A stretch of 64,000 bases of DNA from Candidatus Omnitrophota bacterium (lineage in GTDB: Bacteria; Omnitrophota; Gorgyraeia; Tantalellales; Tantalellaceae): positions 69,157 through 133,156 of the forward strand of contig JAHJBY010000033.1 in the NCBI GenBank assembly GCA_018813285.1, written 5' to 3'. Below, in pieces: positions 1-9,732 of the stretch. The notes beneath the pieces were generated by a model, which saw only the letters and a program-made list of their open reading frames with translations, was not told the origin of the DNA and did not search any database. Each line of letters opens with the position of its first letter. The first letter of the stretch is position 1. The position numbers were made by a program, and so were the translations under genes.

Positions 1-331
1 TGACCATAACGTCAACATCCAGAGTATTTGGCATGATCCTCCGGATTTCCACGCTCTTCAATTGTGGAAAACTTTCAGCGATCATTACCGTCGCGTGATC
101 AAGATCAATAGAAAGTACATTCCTTCTGAGGTACATATCGTTGAGTTTTTCGCGGCCGCCCGTAAAAGAAACATCGTTCTGACCGTTTATCGTTATATCC
201 GTAATAGTGAAGAACGAGTCGTTAAGTAAAAAATAACGAGTCCAAAAAAAGACACCCGTCAACAACCCCATCAAAGCCAGCATGGACAGAAACCTCTTAT
301 TCTGAAAAACCTTCATCAACCGCGCCCGCAT
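1..331 (-). CDS. ftsQ: Cell division protein FtsQ/DivIB, N-terminal part only; C-terminus lies before window start
   Basis: Reverse-strand translation from ATG at 329-331 gives MRARLMKVFQNKRFLSMLALMGLLTGVFFW... (TM anchor followed by POTRA-like sequence). Sits immediately downstream of ddl as in dcw clusters. Not in the ORF track because it is truncated. Confidence 0.55.
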   Translation of the reverse strand, partial: MRARLMKVFQNKRFLSMLALMGLLTGVFFWTRYFLLNDSFFTITDITINGQNDVSFTGGREKLNDMYLRRNVLSIDLDHATVMIAESFPQLKSVEIRRIMPNTLDVDVMV

Positions 332-407
332 ACCGCTATTTTTCGGCTGTTTCTTTTTTGCCACGGTTCTCTCCTTCCTGTTCTCCTTCCCGGGGGCTCC
401 CGCCCTT

Positions 408-1349
408 TCAGGGCACCGCGTTATTTAAAATCCTTAAACACAGTTCCTCAAAACTAACGCCCAGCGACTTTGCCGCCAACGGCAAAAGGCTTCGCTCAGT
501 AAAACCGGGGATCGTATTTACCTCAAGAACAAAAAGCTCCCCAGACGCCGTAAGCCTCATGTCTACCCGGGAAAAACACCCGCATCCAAGAAGCGAATGC
601 GCTTTCTTCCCCAGCTCCATGGCCTTCCGGCAAGTACCCTCATCAATTACAGCAGGCACCACGTACCTCGTTCGATCATCTTCATATTTTGCTTTGAAAT
701 CGAATACACCATCGCCGGTGATGATCTCAACAACAGGCAGAGGTTCATCTTCCAGTATGCCGACTGTCAATTCCCTTCCGGGTATATATTGCTCAACAAT
801 GACATTTCCCGCGTACAAACCGGCCTTATCCACTGCCGCCGCTATCTCGCTGATAGCTGACACCACGGAAAGCCCGACACTCGAACCTTCCATACCGGGT
901 TTGATAACACAAGGTAACTGAACATCATTACACGAAAAACTACCATCCGCCCCGCGCGCCGTATACTTCGGAACGGCCATATCCGCCTCGATAAATCGCT
1001 TTTTCGATAATAATTTGTCGAAAGCAAGACGCGAAGCCGCGGGTCCTGAACCGGTATATGGGATCCCTTTCCCGGCCAACATTTGTTGAATGGTACCATC
1101 TTCCCCAAATCCTCCATGCAAAGCGATAAATGCCAAATCAAAATCAAACTTCCCAATAAAGGAATCAGTCTCTTCTTCCACATCTATCAATACTACATCA
1201 AGCCCGGCAGCACACAAAACATCAAAAATGGCCTGACCGCTCTTTTTGCTTATTTCCCTCTCCTCGGAACATCCACCGGCCAATACGCCTATTCGATATT
1301 TTTTCAATTTGTCCACCAGCCGTCGCATCTGTATCCTCATGGTTCTCAT
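408..1349 (-). CDS. ddl: D-alanine--D-alanine ligase
   Basis: 313-aa ORF with ATP-grasp Ddl signatures (GIPYTGSG, LPCVIKPGMEGSSVG, EVNTIPGFTERSLLP). Start overlaps murB stop. Confidence 0.9.
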   Translation of the reverse strand: MRTMRIQMRRLVDKLKKYRIGVLAGGCSEEREISKKSGQAIFDVLCAAGLDVVLIDVEEETDSFIGKFDFDLAFIALHGGFGEDGTIQQMLAGKGIPYTGSGPAASRLAFDKLLSKKRFIEADMAVPKYTARGADGSFSCNDVQLPCVIKPGMEGSSVGLSVVSAISEIAAAVDKAGLYAGNVIVEQYIPGRELTVGILEDEPLPVVEIITGDGVFDFKAKYEDDRTRYVVPAVIDEGTCRKAMELGKKAHSLLGCGCFSRVDMRLTASGELFVLEVNTIPGFTERSLLPLAAKSLGVSFEELCLRILNNAVP

Positions 1350-2302
1350 GAAGGGCGCGGAAACCGCTCCCCTACGTACCCTTCACCCGTCAGTATCTCG
1401 ATCTCCAGTTCCAATTCCACTCCGAATTTCTCTTTGACCCCGTCACGCACCACCCGGATAAGTTCTTTCACATCACCGGACGTCGCGCCTCCGTCGTTCA
1501 CAATGAAATTCGCGTGCTTTTCAGAAACAACCGCGCCACCCACCCTGCGTTTTTTCATTCCGGCCATTTCTATCAATCGCGCGCCGCTCTCGCCACCGGC
1601 GGGCGGGTTCTTGAAAACACACCCCAGCGTCTTTTGTTCAAGCGGTTGAACGCGCATCTTTTCCAAAAAAAAGCTCTCCATTCTTTTTCGGATATCCCCG
1701 GGAGGCGCTTTGTCTAGATGGAAAGCCGCTTCGATGATGATGGCGTTCCTGTCAAAAGACGCTTCTCTGTATCCAAAGATAATATCGTCCTTTTCCACCT
1801 TCCGTATACGCCCCAAAACATCTATGATCTTAACCCGCAAAAGCCGATCGCTGATCACCGACTTATATCCCGCGTTCACGAATAATGCGCCGCCAACCGT
1901 CCCGGGGATACCTGCAAGTCCTTCCATCCCGCTGAGCCCCATAGATGAACAATCGGAAATAAACGAACTTAGCTTTTTCCCCGCGCCCACCGTAACCTGG
2001 CCAAGCTCATCATATGCCGCGTGATTGAAATAATCGCCCGCGAGACTTACCATGACCGCATCCAGGCCCTCTCCGGGCATCAGTGTGTTGCTTCCGTTAC
2101 CGATAGCGATCACACGCGCCCCATGCTCCCTGAGTGACTTGCTGATCTCTGACAGCTCCTCCGGGCACGACGGCGCGTACCACACAGCGGCTGTACCGCC
2201 TATAGCGATAGTGCTGTGCCGTGAGAGCAACTCATCATAAAGAACCGACCCGCCTCCTCTCTCCGCCTGAGCGCTCAAGATGTCTTTTATCTCTTCTTTC
2301 AT
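1346..2302 (-). CDS. murB: UDP-N-acetylenolpyruvoylglucosamine reductase
   Basis: 318 aa, FAD-binding MurB-like sequence (IGGTAAVWYAP ... GLSGMEGLAGIPGTVGGA). Position in dcw cluster. Confidence 0.88.
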   Translation of the reverse strand: MKEEIKDILSAQAERGGGSVLYDELLSRHSTIAIGGTAAVWYAPSCPEELSEISKSLREHGARVIAIGNGSNTLMPGEGLDAVMVSLAGDYFNHAAYDELGQVTVGAGKKLSSFISDCSSMGLSGMEGLAGIPGTVGGALFVNAGYKSVISDRLLRVKIIDVLGRIRKVEKDDIIFGYREASFDRNAIIIEAAFHLDKAPPGDIRKRMESFFLEKMRVQPLEQKTLGCVFKNPPAGGESGARLIEMAGMKKRRVGGAVVSEKHANFIVNDGGATSGDVKELIRVVRDGVKEKFGVELELEIEILTGEGYVGERFPRPS

Positions 2303-2331
2303 GTAACACGTCTCCTGCGGCCGAGCTTTAG

Positions 2332-3717
2332 TTAACTTCTCACAGCCTGCTTGCGTATCGCATTCGACAACGGCCGCGCGATGTCCCTTATGTCACCGGC
2401 GCCCAGGATCAGTACCATGTCTCTCTCCCGCGCTATACCGGAAACATACCCGGGGATCCGATCTTTTTCCACAAAATCAACCAACTGAAATTTACTTCTA
2501 TCAATAGCTTTTAAAATATCACGCACTCCCCTGCCGACGAAAGGTTTTTCATCCGCTGAATATATGTCCGTAAGTATCAGCACATCCGCGTCGTAAAACG
2601 AATGAGCAAAATCTTCCGCGAGATCGTGCGTACGGCTGTATCTGTGCGGCTGAAAAATCGCTACAACCCTGCCCTCTCCGCTATATTCTCCGGCAGCTTT
2701 GATAACCGCCCGCAATTCCGTAGGATGATGCGCGTAATCCTCAACCACGTCAATATTACCTATCCTTTCCACAAAGTCAAATCGCCGTCTCACTCCATCG
2801 AATGTGCTAACCGCCTCGGCGGCTTCTTTAAAACCGATCCCCCGTTCCAGGCAAAGAGCCATTGCTCCAAGTATGTTCATAGCGTTGTACCGTCCAACAA
2901 TGCCACACTCAACTTTTCCCAGGCGCTCGCCTTCTCTTAAAAGATCAAATCGAATAGACCTCGCACAGGAAAGATCCGCGTATGAATATCGAAAACAACC
3001 GTTTTCCATCGCTCCAAAATCCACTCTTATCGCGGTTGAATTTTCCGCGACGTTCCGGGCAACCACATCCTCCCCATTGTAAACGATCAATCCATCGGAC
3101 GGGATACGTCCTGCGAATTCCACGTACGACGCGAGGAGATTTTCCATGGTCCCGTGGTGTTCCATGTGTTCTCTCTCAATGTTCGTAAGTACCACGCATT
3201 TAACAGACATCCCCCGGAAGAGGCCGTCACTTTCATCTACTTCAGCAACGACCAGGTCTCGCGATCCATTCTTCGCGTTGCCTCCAAAACGGCTGATTTC
3301 TCCGCCTATAATAACCGTGGGATCCCGGTCGCAATAATCCATTATATGCGCTATTAGAGCGCTTGTCGTCGTTTTTCCGTGAGTGCCGGTCACCGCGATG
3401 GACACACTTGCGTCTTTCATCACGTCCGCCAGCATCTCGGATCTATGAATAACCTTGATCCCGAGTTCTTCAGCCTTTACCAGTTCTTCATTGGCCGCGG
3501 GAATACATGTAGATCTCACCGCGAGATCCACGTCCGGAGGTATGTTGTCCGCGCTGTGCCCACAGAAGACCACAGCGCCTTTCGCGCGAAGCTTGTCGGT
3601 AAGATCATTCGGCCGAAGATCCGATCCGGTCACAATGTTTCCTCTTGAGATCGCCACTTCCGCCAGGGCGCTCATTCCTATCCCGCCGATCCCTATGAAA
3701 TGAATGTGTTTTGGCAT
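2332..3717 (-). CDS. murC: UDP-N-acetylmuramate--L-alanine ligase
   Basis: 461 aa; starts MPKHIHFIGIGGIGMSALA (Mur ligase N-terminal Rossmann). GTHGKTTT P-loop and DYAHHP motif present. Confidence 0.9.
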   Translation of the reverse strand: MPKHIHFIGIGGIGMSALAEVAISRGNIVTGSDLRPNDLTDKLRAKGAVVFCGHSADNIPPDVDLAVRSTCIPAANEELVKAEELGIKVIHRSEMLADVMKDASVSIAVTGTHGKTTTSALIAHIMDYCDRDPTVIIGGEISRFGGNAKNGSRDLVVAEVDESDGLFRGMSVKCVVLTNIEREHMEHHGTMENLLASYVEFAGRIPSDGLIVYNGEDVVARNVAENSTAIRVDFGAMENGCFRYSYADLSCARSIRFDLLREGERLGKVECGIVGRYNAMNILGAMALCLERGIGFKEAAEAVSTFDGVRRRFDFVERIGNIDVVEDYAHHPTELRAVIKAAGEYSGEGRVVAIFQPHRYSRTHDLAEDFAHSFYDADVLILTDIYSADEKPFVGRGVRDILKAIDRSKFQLVDFVEKDRIPGYVSGIARERDMVLILGAGDIRDIARPLSNAIRKQAVRS

Positions 3718-3759
3718 ATTTCCTCTATTAGCGGTTCTCTGTTACTCTAACTATCTTGT

Positions 3760-4857
3760 TCATGCCGCGGCCATACCTATAATCTCTTTTGCGAGTTCTC
3801 TTCCCGCGCCCGGCGCGGCCAACCGCGCCGCGGCCCCTGACATTTTTCGGCTTTTTTCGCTATCCGCGAGTATATTAGTGATCTCACAAGCCAGCATATC
3901 AGCTGAAAGCCCGCTTTCTTCCAAATAAACAGCGGCTCCGGCTCGCGAAAATGACATGGCATTGCTCCTCTGGCTGTTCCGCGGATTCGGATACGGTATA
4001 AGTATCATCGGACGCTCATAATACGCCAACTCAAAAACAGCCGCCGCGCCGGCCCGGCTTATCGCCATATCACAAGCCGCGTAAGCCATGTCAATACGAT
4101 CGATAAACGCGTACACCTTTGCCGGTATCCCTTTTTCCTCATAGAATCGCTCAATAAGATCGTGATCAGCTTTTCCCGTCAGGTGTATGAATTGAACGCG
4201 AGCGTCAGGCCGGAAAACACGCTCCGCCGCCTGTCGGGCAACCTTATTCAGAAAAACCGCCCCCTGGCTTCCGCCCATTATCAACACTGTTCTCCGATCA
4301 CAACGAAGTCCCAAAAACCGCAAAGCTACTGATCTATCCTTCGACAACATTTCCAAGCGGATCGGATTTCCGGTCACTATGACCTTTTTTTCGGCACCCG
4401 GAAAATACTTCTCTGTTTCGCTAAAACTGACAGCTATCCTGCCCACGGCCCGGCTAAGCATACGGTTCGCCCTGCCCGGATAAAAATTCTGCTCATGCAC
4501 AAGAACCGGAATGCCGATCAAAGCGGCGCAGCGAACAACGGTTCCGGCGGAATATCCACCAAACCCGGCGACAACAGTTGGACGCAGCCGGAAAAGCAAA
4601 TATAATGAAACGCAAGCATCTGCCATCAGCTTTAAAAAAAACACGATCCATCTAAATATGTTCGGCCCAAAAGGCATTGGATTCACCGAAAGAAAAAATG
4701 TCCGGTATCGAAGGGTCGTCATGACGCGCTTATCAAGTTCCCGCTTGCTCGAAACAAAGCATATATCATCAACACCGGCTTTTTCAAGTTCCATGGCCGT
4801 GGCTACAGCCGGAAATATGTGTCCGCCGCTGCCACCGGCGGCTATCATCACTCTCAT
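3760..4857 (-). CDS. murG: Undecaprenyl-PP-MurNAc-pentapeptide UDP-GlcNAc transferase
   Basis: ORF 3760..4947; likely true start at internal MRVMIAAGGSGGHIFPA (about 4857), just downstream of ftsW stop. GT28 family C-terminal motifs present. Confidence 0.85.
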   Translation of the reverse strand: MRVMIAAGGSGGHIFPAVATAMELEKAGVDDICFVSSKRELDKRVMTTLRYRTFFLSVNPMPFGPNIFRWIVFFLKLMADACVSLYLLFRLRPTVVAGFGGYSAGTVVRCAALIGIPVLVHEQNFYPGRANRMLSRAVGRIAVSFSETEKYFPGAEKKVIVTGNPIRLEMLSKDRSVALRFLGLRCDRRTVLIMGGSQGAVFLNKVARQAAERVFRPDARVQFIHLTGKADHDLIERFYEEKGIPAKVYAFIDRIDMAYAACDMAISRAGAAAVFELAYYERPMILIPYPNPRNSQRSNAMSFSRAGAAVYLEESGLSADMLACEITNILADSEKSRKMSGAAARLAAPGAGRELAKEIIGMAAA

Positions 4858-4894
4858 AAGACTCCTGTTGTCCCTTGCGTCATGTCGTTTCGCG

Positions 4895-5986
4895 TCATGC
4901 GTCCTCCATTTTCCTCGCCATGTTAAGCAATATGCCGATAGCCGCAAAATGCATTACCAGGGAACTCCCTCCATAACTTATGAACGGCAGAGGCAACCCC
5001 TTGGTCGGCACCGCCCCGGCAGAAACGCCAATGTTCACTATCGCTTCAAAAGCGATCATGACACTGATGCCAAAAACTACCCGCGCGGCAAATAACTCTT
5101 TAAGTTTGAAAGATATCTTAAGGGAGAACCATACCAGAAGCGCGAATAAAATGAGTATTGCCGTTGCCCCAAAAAGCCCCAGCTCCTCCCCGATTATCGA
5201 ATAAATAAAATCTGTGTGCGATTGCGGAAGAAAAAACAATTTCTGCCGGGACCCTCCCAGGCCGACGCCGAATATTCCCCCCGATCCCAGCGCAATGAAC
5301 GATTGAATAAGCTGAAAGCCTGCCCCACGCGGATCCTCCCACGGTTTTAAAAAAGTTACGATCCTTTGCAATCGATATGGAGCGCTGGCCACAACAACAA
5401 ACATGACCGGCAACGCCCCGGCCGCCACGATCAACAGGTGTTTGATCCGGGTACCGGAGATAAACAACATAAGCGAGGCTATTACCCCTATGGCGACAGC
5501 TGAACCCATGTCCGGTTCAAGCAGCACCAATCCAGCGGCAAGTCCCACCACAAGAAAGGGGGGCAGAAATCCTTTGATAAACCTCGATATTTCGTACCGT
5601 TTGCGGCTGGTAAAATCGGCCAGGTAGAGGATCATCGCCAGTTTAGCAAACTCTGAAGGTTGAAATCCTCCCCCGAAGACCCGTATCCATCTGCGGGCGC
5701 CGCCTCCTACAAAACCGATACCGGGGATAAGCACGACGACCAATAACAAAAGCGCCGCTATGATCAAATACTTCGCTTTATCCCTTATGAGGTCCGCGGT
5801 AACTTGCATGCAAGTTACCGCGGCTGCGATCCCCATCCCGACAAACAGCAGATGACGCTTGACGAAATACAAACTGTCTCCGTATACCATGTACGCATAG
5901 ACCGCGCTTGATGAATAGATCATCACCACACCGGTCATTGCCAGCGTTACCGCAACCAAAAATACGATTCGCGCGTCTCGTCTCAA
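4895..5986 (-). CDS. ftsW: Peptidoglycan glycosyltransferase FtsW (SEDS family)
   Basis: 363 aa polytopic membrane protein with SEDS motifs (GGSRQKLFFLPQSHTDFIYSIIGEELG). Located between murD and murG. Confidence 0.85.
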   Translation of the reverse strand: MRRDARIVFLVAVTLAMTGVVMIYSSSAVYAYMVYGDSLYFVKRHLLFVGMGIAAAVTCMQVTADLIRDKAKYLIIAALLLLVVVLIPGIGFVGGGARRWIRVFGGGFQPSEFAKLAMILYLADFTSRKRYEISRFIKGFLPPFLVVGLAAGLVLLEPDMGSAVAIGVIASLMLFISGTRIKHLLIVAAGALPVMFVVVASAPYRLQRIVTFLKPWEDPRGAGFQLIQSFIALGSGGIFGVGLGGSRQKLFFLPQSHTDFIYSIIGEELGLFGATAILILFALLVWFSLKISFKLKELFAARVVFGISVMIAFEAIVNIGVSAGAVPTKGLPLPFISYGGSSLVMHFAAIGILLNMARKMEDA

Positions 5987-7230
5987 GGCAATACCTCTTT
6001 CCTGAAGGCCTCTCCTCTTTCCCTGTAATTTTTGAACATATCAAAGCTGGAACACATCGGCGACAAAAGAACGGCCTCGCCCGCGACAGCTTCGCGTGAG
6101 GCACACTCGACAGCTTCCTTCATTGTATCAGCGGCAATCACGGGAATTATATTCGAAAATATTGAAATCAATTTTTCTCGAGATTCCCCGATGACAACCA
6201 TCGCTTTTACCTTTTCACGGATTATCGGTAATATCCGCCGATAATCTCCTCCTTTACCCCTTCCCCCGGCTATGAGTACGGCCCTTTTCGCCATGGACTC
6301 AAGAGCGCGTTTCGTCGCGTCTATGTTGGTTGCTTTTGAGTCGTCTATGTACTCAATACCGTTAAAAGTTCCCAGGCTTTCAAATCGGCAATCCAGGGTT
6401 TTAAAATTTCTGATCCCCGAGTGTATCTGTCGTTCCGCAACTCCCATTAACCGCGATGCCGTAACGGCGCATCGGACATTTTCAATATTGTGTTCCCCTT
6501 TCAGCGGGATCTCCGCCGCATCCATATTGATATCGGTCCTGTCAAAACAGATAATCTTTCCTCTCATTTTTTCCGCAAGCACATCATCGCGCAAGCATGA
6601 GCGCACAAGCGCATAGTCGTTTTCATCCTGGTTGATAAATATCCGAAGTTTTTCTTTTTTATACCTGTCGTAATTCTCATGCCGATCATAATGGTCATCG
6701 GATACATTCAGCAAAACAGCTATCCGCGGTTTAAAATTCCTTACTGTTTCAAGCTGAAAAGAACTGACCTCGACCACAGCAACGCTGTCTTCGTTCAGAT
6801 CGCAGGCCACAGAAGTCAGTGGTATACCGATATTCCCGCACACTACAGCCTGTCTGCCGGATGAGTTGAGAATATGGCCGATAAGTTCGACAGTTGTGCT
6901 CTTGCCATTCGTCCCGGTCACAGCTACCATGGACGCGGCGCAATACATCGCGCCCAGTTCAAGCTCACCGATAACGGGGGCGCCGCGCGGGATAACGGCG
7001 GCAATTTCCGGCATACGAAGATCCACACCCGGTGAAACAACCACCATAAATGGGTCTCCGCAGAACTCCCTCGTATGGCCGCCGGTTTCCGCGCGAATGC
7101 CGGCGCGATCAAGATCCGCTTCGCGCGTGTCGAGACCGGGTGTGGAAGCGCTTTCTGTAACCCTGACCCGCGCCCCTTTTTCCGCGAGAAACCGGGCGGC
7201 CGAACATCCGCTCGCGCCCATGCCGATCAC
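5983..7230 (-). CDS. murD: UDP-N-acetylmuramoylalanine--D-glutamate ligase
   Basis: 415 aa, Mur ligase motifs (VTGTNGKSTT, DDSKATN). Overlaps ftsW start by 4 nt. Confidence 0.9.
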   Translation of the reverse strand: MIGMGASGCSAARFLAEKGARVRVTESASTPGLDTREADLDRAGIRAETGGHTREFCGDPFMVVVSPGVDLRMPEIAAVIPRGAPVIGELELGAMYCAASMVAVTGTNGKSTTVELIGHILNSSGRQAVVCGNIGIPLTSVACDLNEDSVAVVEVSSFQLETVRNFKPRIAVLLNVSDDHYDRHENYDRYKKEKLRIFINQDENDYALVRSCLRDDVLAEKMRGKIICFDRTDINMDAAEIPLKGEHNIENVRCAVTASRLMGVAERQIHSGIRNFKTLDCRFESLGTFNGIEYIDDSKATNIDATKRALESMAKRAVLIAGGRGKGGDYRRILPIIREKVKAMVVIGESREKLISIFSNIIPVIAADTMKEAVECASREAVAGEAVLLSPMCSSFDMFKNYRERGEAFRKEVLP

Positions 7231-7282
7231 CAGTATGTTCTTGTTTCTAAGATCGATCGCTGATCACCTCCTCGCCGTCTTT

Positions 7283-8371
7283 TTAGCGTACTTTCAACGC
7301 AGCCATGCTCAACATCGCGAGTATGGCGGATATTATCCAGAAACGCACGGTGATCTTAGACTCGGACCACCCTTTCAACTGAAAATGATGATGGATCGGG
7401 GACATTCGGAAGAGCCGCTTCCCCTTTGTTTTAAAAAACAGTACCTGTAAGATCACTGAGACGGATTCCATCACGAATACCCCTCCCGCGATCAACAGCA
7501 AAACCTCTTTTTTCAATAGAACACTTACTATCGCGATCGAACCGCCGAGCGCCAATGAGCCCGTATCCCCCATAAAAACTTCGGCAGGATGGCTATTGAA
7601 CCAAAGGAATCCCAATCCCGCGCCGATCATCGCCGCGCAAAAACATGTAAGTTCACCCGATCCCGGCAGATAAAAAATGTTCAGGTACCCGCTAAGGACC
7701 GAGTTACCTGTCACATATGCCATCACGGCGTACGTGAACGAAACGAACAGCATACAACCGATGGCAAGGCCGTCCAACCCGTCCGTAAGATTTACAGCGT
7801 TAGAGGCGCCTACTATCACGAGCAAAATAAATAATATGTAAAATATCCCAAGACTCGAAACAGCGTTCTTTATGAACGGAATATAAAGATCCGTACCGAT
7901 TGCCTTGCTGTGCAACACAACTCCCCCGACTATCAGCGCGAGAACCACCTGTCCGAGAAGTTTGGTGATCACCCTGAGCCCTTTCGCGCTTTGGTTCTTC
8001 AATTTCAGGTAATCATCTATGAAACCGATAAATCCCATCCAGACCATTCCTCCGAGAACCAGAATAACGTAATCGTTGTCAAGCCGGCACCACAGAAGGG
8101 ATGAGATCAAGAGGGACGCGATGATCAGCATCCCGCCCATCGTAGGTGTCCCTTCCTTGGCATCATGAAAATCTGACAGGGCGCTCACATGTTTTTTTCT
8201 GACATACTGTCCTATATCCAACTTGCGCAACACCCGAATTATCATCGGGCCAAAAACGACGCACAGGACAAACGATGTTACCGCGGCCATGCTTGCCCTA
8301 AAAGTTATGTAGCGAAATATGTTGAACCCAAACCAAATATCTTTTAACGGAAACAAGAAGTAGTAAAACAT
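7283..8371 (-). CDS. mraY: Phospho-N-acetylmuramoyl-pentapeptide transferase
   Basis: 362 aa polytopic protein with MraY motifs (NAVNLTDGLDGLA, HHHFQLKGW). Confidence 0.9.
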   Translation of the reverse strand: MFYYFLFPLKDIWFGFNIFRYITFRASMAAVTSFVLCVVFGPMIIRVLRKLDIGQYVRKKHVSALSDFHDAKEGTPTMGGMLIIASLLISSLLWCRLDNDYVILVLGGMVWMGFIGFIDDYLKLKNQSAKGLRVITKLLGQVVLALIVGGVVLHSKAIGTDLYIPFIKNAVSSLGIFYILFILLVIVGASNAVNLTDGLDGLAIGCMLFVSFTYAVMAYVTGNSVLSGYLNIFYLPGSGELTCFCAAMIGAGLGFLWFNSHPAEVFMGDTGSLALGGSIAIVSVLLKKEVLLLIAGGVFVMESVSVILQVLFFKTKGKRLFRMSPIHHHFQLKGWSESKITVRFWIISAILAMLSMAALKVR

Positions 8372-9723
8372 TTCAGGATATCCTCCATTCTCATCTTTCG
8401 TGAACCCTTAAGCAATATCATGTCTTCCGGACGCGCGATCTCCCGAATGATGCGAGCGGCCTCTTCGTGATCCTTGGCGCGAAAAACATTTTCAGCATCC
8501 ATTCCCGCAAGAACCGCTTCCCGCGCTGTTATCGACGCGGCATCGCCGAGTGTTATTAAAAAATCAAAATTCCCGGCCGCGACGCGCGCCCCAAGGTTCC
8601 GATGCGATTCTTCGGAACGACTGCCAAGTTCCAGCATATCTCCGGCGATCACCCATTTTCTCCCCGCGAGATCCATGCCCGCTAATGTTTTCAGGGCGCA
8701 TTCAAACGAAGCCGGATTGGCGTTATACGCGTCATTTAAAAAAACCATCCCTCCTGCTGAAACCCTTTTCATCCTCATCGCGGGAAGCGCTGTTTCAAAA
8801 AGTCCGGCGCGTATCGCGCTGTATTCAACCCCCATGAACGCGGCAACAGCCGAGGCGGCCGCGGCATTATAAACATTGTGTTCCCCATCAAACGGTATTC
8901 GCAAAAGTTCGCCGTTTAACCGGAAATCATATCCAATTTCTTTTTTTTGTATGTCCTGAATATGAAACTCACAACCCGGCGTTTTTCCAAAGAACATGAT
9001 CTCCCTGCCGCAGGCGCGCAAGGAACGCAAAGAATCATCGTCGCCGGAAAGAAAAGCCGCGCCGCCTTCCGGGAGACACTCAAGAACGCCAGCCTTCTCC
9101 CTGAAAACACCATCGGTGTCCCCGAAAAACTCCAGGTGACCGGGGCCTATGTTCGTGATAACCGCGTGACCCGGCCGTACAAGCCTCGCAAGAGAGACGA
9201 TCTCACCGGGATGATTTGTCCCCAATTCAAACACCGCCGCCTCATGTGTCCTGTCAAGCCCGAACAGCGTAAGGCTTACGCCGACCATGTTGTTGTACGA
9301 AGAAGGGCTTTTAAGTGTATGATATTTCTCTGAAAGCAAACGCTGCAATATGTCTTTAACGGTCGTTTTTCCATTAGTTCCTGTCACCGCGATAATTGGA
9401 ATATCTACTTTGCTCCGAATATGGCCGGCAATAGATCCCATCGCGCCGACTGAACTAACAACGCGAATAAAGTGGCTCTTCCCCGATCCATCGATCACAT
9501 CGCGCGGGCGTTCAGATATCACTCCGGCCGCGCCTCTGGCGACGGCTTCAGCGATATGATCGTGCCCGTCGGCGTTCTTTCCCGGAATGGCAATAAAAAA
9601 CTCTCCGGGTTTTATGGTCCGGGAATCAATGGAAAATCCCCGGACTGCCGCACCCGCGGCGCTCGAATAACTCAACTCTCCGTCCGATACGTCAGCGATA
9701 TCTTTTACACCGATCTCTATCAT
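8344..9723 (-). CDS. murF: UDP-MurNAc-tripeptide--D-alanyl-D-alanine ligase
   Basis: 459 aa Mur ligase (VTGTNGKTT). Position between murE and mraY. Confidence 0.85.
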   Translation of the reverse strand: MIEIGVKDIADVSDGELSYSSAAGAAVRGFSIDSRTIKPGEFFIAIPGKNADGHDHIAEAVARGAAGVISERPRDVIDGSGKSHFIRVVSSVGAMGSIAGHIRSKVDIPIIAVTGTNGKTTVKDILQRLLSEKYHTLKSPSSYNNMVGVSLTLFGLDRTHEAAVFELGTNHPGEIVSLARLVRPGHAVITNIGPGHLEFFGDTDGVFREKAGVLECLPEGGAAFLSGDDDSLRSLRACGREIMFFGKTPGCEFHIQDIQKKEIGYDFRLNGELLRIPFDGEHNVYNAAAASAVAAFMGVEYSAIRAGLFETALPAMRMKRVSAGGMVFLNDAYNANPASFECALKTLAGMDLAGRKWVIAGDMLELGSRSEESHRNLGARVAAGNFDFLITLGDAASITAREAVLAGMDAENVFRAKDHEEAARIIREIARPEDMILLKGSRKMRMEDILKCFTTSCFR

Positions 9724-9732
9724 CTTCTGATA

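Noticed and set aside
358-1649. Plus-strand ORFs (358..921, 597..860, 1083..1649 and many others throughout the window)
   Set aside because: They lie antisense to well-supported minus-strand genes (ddl, murB and others). They have low-complexity Ser/Pro/Arg-rich translations typical of antisense frames of coding DNA and no RBS or domain support.
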